A DNA stretch of 64,000 nt from Patellaria atrata CBS 101060 (Eukaryota): assembly GCA_010093705.1 (NCBI GenBank), contig MU006099.1, forward strand, positions 620,001-684,000, in the 5' to 3' direction. Shown here one piece after another: positions 37,367-48,303 of this stretch. Numbering within the stretch: the stretch's first letter is position 1; each line of letters starts with the position of its first letter. The notes under the pieces are model-generated. The model was given only the letters and a program-made list of their open reading frames with translations, made no database searches and was not told the DNA's origin. Both the position numbers and the translations under genes were made by a program.

Positions 37367-37950
37367 TGCAACCGCTTAGCTGCGCCAGCCACCAGCCTTA
37401 GGAGACTGGTAGCTGAACCTCTAGAACCACCCAAGACATCACAGTAGTGTGCGCTACCATCTTAGTACTAGAATACACAATTGTCTCATGTTAGTACTCG
37501 GTTACCTATGATGAACGGAAACGGGTATACTTTAAATAGTAGAATATTGTCATTCTGATCGGATGTCGTGTGAAGCTTTTCGGACATCTTCTTCGTTTCC
37601 CCGCACCGAGACCTTTCGGCAAATATAAAAGACTAGTTTGTAGATTGGTTATAGGGTATACATATCTACTATAATAAGACCGGAGCAACATGCTCTATAG
37701 TATTCAATACCGTAGACTTACTCGACAGAACAGATATCCTAAACTACTGTTCCCTAGTTGGAAATAGGAGGTCGTTCCTACAAGTTATGCTGACGATAGC
37801 TATTCCAAATTAACACCTACCTGCAAAATCCTAACTCAGTTCATCTGCCTACTCTGATTATACTTTCATCCCCAAGAGGAGCCAATCTCTCATAGATCCG
37901 TATCACATCATCCCAAGTCTATCTCTTCACACCTCTGTATACCACCGATA

Positions 37951-38907
37951 ATGACTAACCCCCGGGTCGCCATTATAACTGGCGGTTCATCCGGCATCGG
38001 GCTCGCTCTGACTACTCATCTTGTCTCCCAGGGCTGGACGACCGTAATCGCAGACCTACAAACACCTCCAGACACCATCCTCGGGCCTTTCATACACTAC
38101 CACCACACAGACGTCTCCTCCTATGCCAGCTTGAAATCCCTCTTCTCTTTCGCCTTCTCTCTGTACTCGCGCGTAGACTTTGTAGCGTTAAATGCCGGCA
38201 TCGACGACCGGGATGATATATTTAACAGCATAAACTTAGAAGGAGATGTGAATGCGGCTGCACCGGCAGAGCCTGATATGCGGACTTTCGAGACGAATCT
38301 GTTTGGGGTGTATTATGGGATTAAGCTTTTTGCGCATTATCATGCGCGGAACTCTCTTTTAACCGATCAGGACGGTGAGAAGGGGGGCAAGAACCGGGTC
38401 GGGAAGATCATCATCACGGCCTCTAATGTTGGGTTGTACCCAATGCCTGCGGCGCCGCAGTACTGTGCAGCGAAGCACGCGCTGATCGGACTAACGCGGT
38501 CTCTTGCCCCTAAGGCCGCAAAACAAGGTATTACGATCAATGCGGTGTGTCCGGCAATAGTAGAGACTTCAATCATGCCCCCATTGCTGAAGGAGAACAT
38601 TCCCGCGGAGATAATGACGCCAATGTCAACAGTTATTAGAGCGTTTGAAGCATTGCTAGCCGATGGAGAAGGGGATGTGGAGGGAACTGTAGCACTAGGG
38701 AAGAATGGGGAAACGGTCGAAGCAACGGTGGATATGCTGTATTATAGGGGGCCTGTGGAGTGGCCGGATGATAATTCGAGGAAGACAGCGGGACCGTGGT
38801 GGGACATGATATACGAGGAAAGAAATATGAAATTTGCGAGAGAGAATGAGGAGAGAGCGAGAAGAAAGAGAGAGCAGGAAGAGAATGGATGGGACAAGGG
38901 GTTTTGA
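37951..38907 (+). CDS. Short-chain dehydrogenase/reductase (15-hydroxyprostaglandin dehydrogenase-like)
   Basis: TGGSSGIG, NAG, YCAAK (YxxxK) and INAVCP. Confidence 0.93.
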   Translation: MTNPRVAIITGGSSGIGLALTTHLVSQGWTTVIADLQTPPDTILGPFIHYHHTDVSSYASLKSLFSFAFSLYSRVDFVALNAGIDDRDDIFNSINLEGDVNAAAPAEPDMRTFETNLFGVYYGIKLFAHYHARNSLLTDQDGEKGGKNRVGKIIITASNVGLYPMPAAPQYCAAKHALIGLTRSLAPKAAKQGITINAVCPAIVETSIMPPLLKENIPAEIMTPMSTVIRAFEALLADGEGDVEGTVALGKNGETVEATVDMLYYRGPVEWPDDNSRKTAGPWWDMIYEERNMKFARENEERARRKREQEENGWDKGF

Positions 38908-39059
38908 TCAGGAAGAGAAGTAGAGAAGGAGTATAGGGTGAGATTAACGGTATGTCACTTGAAGACCAGAAGAAATTGGTGATGAAAATGTCGAGGGTGA
39001 AACGAATCACACACATCTATGGATAGAGATGGTGTGTCAGAGAGCCCACGTTTTGTTCT

Positions 39060-39208
39060 TGGAGCAGCGGTCATGAAGTTCGACACTATGGGAAGAGTGC
39101 CACTTCTTTAGAATTCTAGAACAACTTGGCATACTCCATGAGATTTATTGGAGTAGTCGTGATGAAGATGGACACTATGAAAAGAGTGCCACTTCCCCAG
39201 AATCCTAG
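39060..39208 (+). repeat. Diverged 60-bp direct repeat
   Basis: 39060-39119 and 39149-39208 align ungapped with 48/60 identities (counted by eye). Confidence 0.85.
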
Positions 39209-39321
39209 TTCTGACCCATTCCAAAGAGGTCATAATCACGTGTACCTTGGGTTTACAAGCGAAGAAAGACAGCACGAAGTAGTAGTAACGGTAGGTTACT
39301 CTGATATTGAATGATATAACC

Positions 39322-41498
39322 TTAGATTAGTCCTTCCTTCTTGAGTCTCGCAGCCCTGAACCTACTCACTTTCTTAATCTGTCCGTTCTTCTCCTCGAAC
39401 AACGGATCTTCTTCTTCTTCTAGACTTGGTTTGAATCCACCTTGCTGATGTATTCTGGCATTCCGCTGGTTGTGATACTCCACAGCGACCTCCTGATAGT
39501 GCAATTCCGGGTTGTATGCGTCCGGATCTGGTGGAGCTACGTGTTGAGTAGACACGGGTTTTTCGATGACGCTTTTCGCTAGGATTTCGCCTACGGGGCC
39601 TTCTGGGATGCGTCGAGGCTCGGGGTTGGAAGATGGATCGGTATTTTCAGACATGAAAGTACTAGGTTGCGATGGCGTACGGGCACTCTTGAATCTTGAG
39701 ATTCTCCGAGTAGTTACTGGCTCCAGTTTAGGAGATGGAGCAACCGCGGGCCTTTCAAGAACTCTGTCTGATACAGGACGCATTACGGGTTGGGTTCCTT
39801 CCATTTTAGGGGCTGATTTTTGCGGTATAGCAGGTATAAGAGCTGGTGAGATATCAAGCTCTTCTGCAAATCTGACTCCCTTCTTGGTAGGCTCATTTTT
39901 AGGTAACTTCAATGAAGTTGCAGGTTTAGTAGCCGCATTAATAACATTGTCTTCAGTATCAACCGGTTTAGAGATATCGTTAACAAGCTCCTCGGGAAGA
40001 TCCTTATCTCCTGGTTGCGGGCCGACATTCTCTATCCTCGTTGCATTCAACTTCTTTTCCAACTCCATCATCTCTTTCCGATAGTCGTCATCTATTTCCC
40101 TTCGGGTACTTCGTCCGAACTCATCTTCATAATCCGCGTCACTATCATAGCTGTCTTCATCATAGTCATCATCGTCAGAGTACTCCATATCCCCTTCTTC
40201 GAGATCTAATTCGGCTACAACTGCTCCAACCTCATTCAATCCATAGGAGAGCATCTCTCTTCTCATCTCCGCATCTATCGGATCTTCATCAATGGGTATG
40301 ATCGGCTGTGAGCCGATTTCTTCATCGAATTCGTTGACTTCGATAATACGTTCTCCTTTTGTGACCGGAACCGGACCTCGGGCTTTTTGTTCGGCAATAG
40401 TTAACGGTCTTTGTTTTTCTTTTGGCTCTTCTAATTCTTGAGGTTCTTTCGTATCTTCTGCAAATGATACCATTTTCTTCGGTGTCATAGAGTCAGCTGG
40501 GGAGATAACGATTGAAGGAGCTTGCACCACTTCCATAATTGGGGAAGAATCCACCAATTCTGTAGCTTTAGTAGAGTCTGCTAGTTCTGTATTTTTTGTG
40601 GAATCGACATTCTCTATGGTTTTGGTGGAGTCCACATGATCCTTAGTTTTAGTAAAGCTTACCTGCTCTGTAACTTTAGTAGGGTCTTCCGGCGGGTTCG
40701 TGGGATTATCAGGCTCCGGATTTATCTTTTCGGTTTCCATTATTTTAGCTCCTAACGCTTTCTCCGCCGCTTCGATAATGTTGGCTGCACTCTTTTCAGG
40801 CTGATGCATAGAGGATGCTACGTAAAGTCAGCATACCATCTCCCAAATCTCAGATCCACACATACAAATAACATTATCTTCGTCATCCAGCTCTTCCTCA
40901 ATCTCCATAATCGCAAGGCCCTCTTCATTTTTCAGTTCGGGGGCGTCCTTAATTGAAGTAAGATTTGCGAGCTTGTCTTGAGCGATAGCCATCTGTTTCT
41001 GGAGCGTGTGGGCATTTTGCTGTGAGTCTTCATACATCTATCAGCGCCTGTTCCGTCTCAATGCCTATTGTATGGAAACTTACAGTCTATGCGCCTCTGT
41101 ATAATATCGATGATATTCTGACGTGACCTACGAGTCCCTTTATCTAATCCGCCAATTTCCTTGATCTCTAGAATGGGTCAGTAAAGGGTACGCCCAGCTT
41201 GACATTGGGCCAGCTTTGCTAACCTTTCTCGTTGACAACGTCACCGCCGAAGTTCATGCCGATATTTAGCTATTAAAAGGTGTTAGAATCGCTGATTATT
41301 CCTTCTATAAATCTAGCTCACCAAATCTTGTGGAGTCGGATCCCCTTTAACAGCCTTGATCTCCTCTTTGAGTCCTTCATACTCAGCTTCCCACGTCTGC
41401 CACTGTCGGAGTGAATTGCCGAGCTCCTCAAGATTTCTCTCAAGACGCAGACGGTGCTGCTCAAGCTGCTCTAAGGGATTCAATAGTGAATTTGCCAT
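39322..41498 (-). CDS. Unconventional prefoldin URI/Bud27-like protein
   Basis: Prefoldin-like N-terminus (WQTWEAEYEGLKEE...RRIDYSQQN), IMEIEEELD, an acidic tract, KKGVRFAE and the C-terminal KKVSRFRAARL. Four introns. Confidence 0.82.
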
Positions 41499-41665
41499 GT
41501 TTGCCTATCATACAAAGTAGTGAGGAGAAAACGGATCGAGTTTGGTCAAATCTGCAAATTCGCCGCGGAACTCTACCGGCCCCGCCACAACAAAAAGATC
41601 GCTTCTCATCAGACTGAAAGAAACAAGCTGCTCACATCACCACCCCCCTTGCAAATCACCGCAAG

Positions 41666-42849
41666 ATGTCCAGAACCGCACCTCGATTGGGGCCGACAGC
41701 TCCTAAAAAGCTCGTAGAAGATGGCGGTAAGCTTCACAACATGATTCCACCCCTATTTTTACGTCGATTTAGCTAATCTTGGTCCTAGACATCTGCCCTG
41801 TCTGCAAATCCTCCCGCTACCTCAACCCCAACATGGTCTTCAAAGTAAACCCCGAATGCTACCACAAGATGTGCGAATCCTGCGTCGACCGCATCTTCTC
41901 CCACGGCCCCGCCCCATGCCCGATTGCCGGCTGCCGGCGTACACTCCGCAAAGCGCGCTTCAAAAAGCCCAACTTCGAAGACATCCAGATCGAGCGGGAA
42001 GTCGATATAAGAAGGCGCGTTGCTTCTGTGTTTAACCGCCGCGAAGACGAGTTCGATACGCTTCTAGATTATAATAACTACCTTAACGAAGTTGAAGACA
42101 TAACGTTCAACCTGATCCACAAAATCGACCTCGACGCTACGGAGAAGAAGCTAGCCGCTTATGCTGACTCGAATAAACAATCTATCCAAGCGAACGTCTC
42201 GCGGGCATCCCAAGAAACCACATCCTTCCAAGCTAGGCAAGCTGCAGAACGTGAGCAGGAGCGCTTAAGGCGTGAAGCCGCTCGGAGAGACGACGAAGAG
42301 AAAAAGAGGATATTGGAGGAGAACAGACGGAATATCCTGAATACCCTTGCCACGACCGATGGAGATGCAAATCGAATTGCAAAAGAGGGTCAGCGGGTTG
42401 CACTTAAGAAATCTTCTGCGCGGCGCGCTCTCACAGACCGTCGGCCGGACGTCGTGGCTAGCGATCCCTTCACGGCCGCGACGGCAAACGGCAACGCAGA
42501 TGGCGGGGCGTTCGTGATCAAGGGGCTCAAGAAGGTGGTTGAGCCTGAAGCAGAGAAGCCTTATGATCCCTTCGGCGGCTTGTCGGACGAGACGCAGTAT
42601 TATGTCTTGCAGGATACATATCAGTACGAGGATGTGGATAAGTATATGAGCGATGTACAGTACACAGCCGGCGGATACGATTTCGGAGAGTGGTATTCGC
42701 GAGCACTATGCGAAGCTTTCTCCGGTTTGGGTGTTTTCATTGGGGAGGAAACATCGGGAAGAGACGCCGCAGCTGCGGTACCTATTGCCATGGCTGCAAC
42801 GGCGGCGACGGTGGTCGGAGTGGAAAAGAGTGCGGATGACGTGTTTTGA
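41666..42849 (+). CDS. TFB3: CDK-activating kinase assembly factor MAT1 / TFIIH subunit Tfb3
   Basis: RING motif CPVCKSSRYLNP...CYHKMCESCVDRIF...CP..GC, and EREVDIRRRV...YNNYL. A short exon 1 starts at ATG 41666, followed by a GTAAGC...TAG intron. Confidence 0.94.
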
Positions 42850-43750
42850 ACGCTATCTCGAGATGCAAAAGGGCATTTCTTAGTATCGGAAAGATCTCAA
42901 TGTCATCATTGACCGTTATCAGTAAGCATACCGTTCCATCCCTATGGATTACCCTACCCTAACCTTCTAATATAGGACTATGATCAGGTCTAAGAAACCT
43001 CACCGCTTCCTATACCTTCGGTATTCAAACGAGGTATTCTGCACAAGGGAAGCAATCCTCTCCCAATCGGAAACTATCTCTCCGCAATCAAGATACACAT
43101 GACCATATGGCGAGAGATAATGCGTTGGGGTTGAGGGACTAAAGGCTTGGTAACTTGAATGATGGGACCACTAGAATCTCCCTTTTTCGAGCGAGGATTG
43201 ACAAGAGAAAAAAAAAATAGTTGTGAAGCAGAGAAGGCTGCAGAATATTCTTACTGATACGGAGAATCTACTCGTGTTTTGAGATTTCAAAATCTCCTGG
43301 AATTTTTGACCGTAATCTCTTATAGAAGAAGGTGACTTTTTGTTAGTCCCACGACTAAAGTTACCGGGCGTTGGACTTTCGCCGTAGAAGGATCTCCTCC
43401 GTACCGATAGCCGGAAAAGGATGTACATTAAGGTGGATTGCCCCTTAATGACAGAGTCGATATCTAATAGCATCTCCTATTAAAGGCACGTTCCTCCCAT
43501 CTAGGGTAGAGATCCCAATATCAAATAGATTCACGACCTTCGGTCTCACGCAAAAAGGGGACGGTAATGTTACCTATTTAAGCATTCTGGCGCATCTGAG
43601 AGTGGAGGACATCTGACTCCAATTTATATTAAAAGTACCTCTCGTACGAACTTATCCATGTCTCAGGTACACAGGAGGGAGTAATACCGATGAATTGTTT
43701 TAGAGGTCATGACAATACAGAGAAATATCTCAATCCACCTTACCTTATCA

Positions 43751-46700
43751 TCATCGTCTAGGACTCCCCCCAAAGCCTCCTCTAGCACCAAAGCCCAACG
43801 CCTTCCTCGCCGGCGTCGTCGGCCCTCTCCCATCACCACCCTCCAGGTCCGGCGTTTCTCTCCCACCACTAGGACCCATCCCCTTCTCCACTCTCGCTCC
43901 CGGCGCCTTATACCCGACTTTGAACCCCTTAGCATAAACATCCAACAGGATCTGCTCCAACACGCCTGCATCCATAAACTCCTCATACTTCCTCCACAAC
44001 TTCAGTGCCGTATGCGCATCCTCAACACTATCATGTTCCTCCATCTGAATTTCCTCATTCAACAAAATCCACGCCAAAAATCTCAATGACAATTTTCTCT
44101 GTCGGGCCGGGATGTAGAATAGATCGACCGTATCCACCACCTGCGCTTTGGGGACATGGATATTGATGGTGCGGAAATCTTTGGGCAGACCGTGGCCAAC
44201 GAATATGACGCCGAGATTGAGGAGGAGCCAGAGTTTCTTGTAGGCGACTTTGAGGCTTACGAGGGCGTGCTTGCTAGTGTCACGATTGAGGTCGCCGGGG
44301 GAGATGCCAGAGTAGGCGGTTAGGTAGTCGACGACGGGCTCGTTAATGGCGATGTAGTCGTCGATGAAGGGGAGGCCTTGGTCGGGGCCAGAGCCGCGGA
44401 GAACGGAGACTCTGGCGAGGCCGAGACGAGGGGGACGGATGGTTTCGCGGGTGCCGTCGGCTTTGATTTCGATTTCTTCGCGTTGGAGGGCTACGAATTC
44501 CGCGTCGATGGCAAAGGGGGTGCCAGGTCGAGGAGCTTCTGTTGTTGAGTTCAGAAGGCGGAATGTCGAGGGATCCTCGTCTTGTCTGCATATTGATCAG
44601 TATGGGCGCGCATATTTTGGGATTAATAACGTACGGAGTCGTCCATCGTCTGTATAAAAGCGATGGATCCAGATTTTCCTTCCACGAGTCGTCTATAGTG
44701 TGACTGGCAGACTTCACCTGGTACGCCAAAACTGAAGGTAGCTTCCAGGAAGGATCAAAACGTAAAGCTTCTTCTTTGCTTGTTACTCGGACCAAAAAGT
44801 CATTGAATAAGTGCCATTGGTTCTCGACTTGGGGGTCGAGGGATGATGGAGCCACTATATATTGTTAATATGAAATGTTTGCCGATATCATGGGTACCGA
44901 CCATTGATCATCCCCACTAAATGAGGCTTTTGGTTCTCTCCGCTATTAATGTCAGCAACGAAGCCAACAAGTTCATATACCACAGTATTGAACGACCCCC
45001 TTTGTAAGTGGAACTTTAAATCCTCTCCTTCGTAGCAGAAGAAAGAACCTTTGTCAGTTATGATACCAATTTCGCTAGGTAACCAGTTGGGTGTCGACCA
45101 AAGTTGCTTTGCCTCTGGTGAATGAAGCGCAGCATTTATCAGCAGTACTGCGGGTACTGTCTGAACCGTTTTCTCGGAGTGTATTTCTCTGTAGGTATTG
45201 CACATATTACAAAAGCCCCTCTGTTTTTCTTTCCGCTCTACGCTCGCTTTGAGTATCTGTGAGAATGTCATTGCTCGAGCAGGAGGTTTCTAAAGAGGAT
45301 CAGAACTAGCTTCAGAAAGGTTCATGAAATATCACCTTTGACTGAAACCGTAGGTACTGTTCATATTGGTGGTACATCATCTCGTGCACTAGAACAGTTC
45401 CAGGTTTCGTCGAGTGGGTATTGCAATGTGCGCAGCGCATGTGCGCCACAGCTCTAGTTGATACTGCCTGTCATGTGTTAGTCTAAGGGCATATCATGCT
45501 AGAGAGGAAAATATATGCTGTACCTGTTCTAGATGTGACGCCTGGGGTGACATCTGACGGTACTCTGTTACAATTTTCTCCAGTATGAATCTATTGAAAT
45601 TTTGAATCATTGTGGTCAGAGCACTGTTTGGTGCATGCTCTTCTATTAGTCCAAACGACAAAGCTAGAAACTGTCAGTTTAAATAACATAAATTTGTACG
45701 CAAGTCCATACCATTAGAAAGACCGCTAAAAGTCTTCAAGAAATTAGTAGCCTGGCAATTCTGCCCATCGGCCTTTTCTAGCATATCGAACAGAAAGCCC
45801 ATCTCACACAGTAGACAATTCTCAAACAAGCAAGAAGTAGCCGCATGTCGTAATGCGAGATTCCTTAGCATGGGAGTGAATTTGAATACCTGTAACAAGG
45901 GATTCGCGTACGAATTTGCTATATGTGTCTCCAATCCGGAGAACTTCGTCTTGTTGTAAAACCTGATGCTAGTAAGAAAAGAAGCTGATATATCAAAGGG
46001 GTAACACTCACTTGAAATCAAAGTCGTCCACGCCGAACTTGCTGTACTTAATCTCAACGTTTCTATACATTACAGGGACTTCGGCTTTGGTAGAGCCGTC
46101 CAACAGCATGTCCCCAAAAGACTCCAGCGCATCACTCATTCTTCGGTCACCACTTTGCAGTTGCGGATCTCTTGCCTTCTCACTCAGGAATTTGGGTGCT
46201 ACGAGGGAGTTCTCTTGTCGATCCGAGCTACGGGTATTTTCGACTTGATTTCGTCTAGTTTTTCTAGGGTTGGGTCCGTAAAATCCCACTTCAGGAGCAC
46301 GCTTTAAATTTGCAAGAATCGCTGGATCCACTTTAGGAAGCGGCGCTCCAACTTCGAAAACCATATGGCTGGGCCACGCGGACAATAATGTCTCTCGATA
46401 GTAAGGTATCCCTACTGTACTTAAGGGGCTAAATTATCATATTAGTCCGGTGTCTGTGGAAAACTGAAGCACAATACCCACGTATCTGGTTGCCAGTCAA
46501 CACTAGGCACAGGAAGGGGAGTGTCTGGGAATTCTGTAGGATTGCTGTATTCCGTGAATTGCATTTTTGCCGGTGATCCCCATAAGTGTATGCCGGCATG
46601 GCCATCTGAAAGAGCAAAGGCATCTCCTGAAGGCGCTAGCTCAAAGGCGGTGAAGTAACTGTCGTACGGATATACTTGCCTCACGTCCGATGTATGAGGG

Positions 46701-47818
46701 TTCATCAAATCAACTATCTGTAGGGAGCCTGCCTGGGACATTACAATGCTCGTCGTCGACATCCTAGGATGCATGCGAACAAAGGCAGCTCCACTTTGGA
46801 AAGGTATAGGTGCGAGTTGGACAAGTGTCTTGAGATCAAACACCTTTGCGAATGAATCTAGGGAGTATCCATGTGCAGTATGAGGTCGCGGAGAATAACC
46901 GCACGTTACCACGTAATCGGACTTTGCGTCCATATCGTGGATCCATGACTGATGAGCATTCCAATTTCGGACAAGCTTGAATGTGTTGGGATCTAAAATG
47001 TGGACGGCACCAGTGCTTGTAGCAGCACATATATATTGCCCACCCTTCTTCATCAGTGTATAGTGGTCCTCTGCTGGCAGCTGTGTTTATCAGAAGCGGT
47101 TTTGCAATTTTCCATCATTAACTCACCGTCTCAACGATGACGCCCTTCTCAACATCAACCCTAAACATTGTATCCTGACAGCCAGCAACCAGAATTTCGC
47201 TGCTCCCTTTTGCAGTGAAGCTTATGCATCGTAGATCTTTGAAATTTTCGTCTCTACAAACCCATCAGCTCTTGTTCAGGGTGTGATCAGACGCTCCATG
47301 GTTTCAAAGAGGACGTACGCCACGTGCCATTGTGCCAAACCTCGGCGTGAGGATAAGTGTATACTGCGAGTCGAAATCGATATGATACCCTTCGGTGCGA
47401 ACAGCAATTGCTTGACATGGCCTTCACTAGAGGGATGTGCTTTAAAGGAGGTATACTTTTGGAGCTCAGCTCCATAGAACGAGGAGACTCTACCCTATAG
47501 GTCCCACACATTAGCATACTTATGACTCTTTCCAGTATAGTTCAACAGACTTACTCACATACTCGTTCCCAGCCCACAACAGCTCCTGTGATGGATCAAA
47601 AGCTAGAGTCGTTGCTGGGGTGGGCAAGGCGCGGTCCTGCGGTCCTGGCCCTGGGAGGAATATACGGGCGACCTTGACATGATCAGTATAGAGCTACCAA
47701 TTGAGGAATCTTAGCTACGCAAGTCTTTTATGGTTTCTGAAAGAATATCTGAAAAGTAGCTGTGCTAACGTATTTCTAAAGGTGAGAGAGTATATACCTC
47801 GTCCCAATCTGCCTCCAT
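43751..47818 (-). CDS. PAN2: PAN2-PAN3 deadenylase catalytic subunit
   Basis: MEADWDE start, WD40 region, [13 protein letters not shown], pseudo-UCH domain ([11 protein letters not shown]), [10 protein letters not shown] and DEDDh exonuclease (AIDAEFV; HDSVEDA). Many introns. Confidence 0.95.
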
Positions 47819-48303
47819 CGTGGCAGTGTCACTAGCCTAAAGATTCCTTTTGCATTTCCAAAAGTTCAAAGGGCAATGGGGTAATAAGATATGTATAAAA
47901 TGATGTTATTAAGCTTGAAGGTTTGAAGAGCAGAACTCCCCGCGGCACAAGAACGCTACTGCGGCATCGGAAACGCGTGGGAGGAACTGCAACTGGTGAC
48001 CTTTGGTGATCCCTGTCATGATCGCTGCATTCGTTCTTGAAGGCCGAGATCTCTGAATTTCTCGCAGAACTCCCATCCCTTTGAGAAAAGTCAAGACACC
48101 AATGGTTGCACAAAATAGTCCAGATGAACTTTACAATCACATCATTCATTTCTTTTAAGTATCATCATAATACACCAAGCGCCCCAATATGTAGGAGCTA
48201 TTAATCAGGCAAAATCCAAAAATCCACTCCCAGCAGTATGTAAACTGGTACAGATTTAAGAACCTTTCAAATCATGAACACATCCCCTTCTTTCACTTCA
48301 GAC

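Noticed and set aside
39159..39214. Box C (GTGATGA) and box D (CTGA) suggesting a snoRNA; a similar pair occurs in the PCK1 intron
   Set aside because: There is no terminal stem, the spacing is atypical, and I could not identify an rRNA guide.
42900..43650. Possible degraded gene or transposon between TFB3 and PAN2
   Set aside because: No transposase or RT motif, terminal repeats or coherent reading frame.
47674..47797. Longer PAN2 first intron as a possible stwintron or microexon host
   Set aside because: No internal intron whose removal rebuilds a valid donor or acceptor was found.
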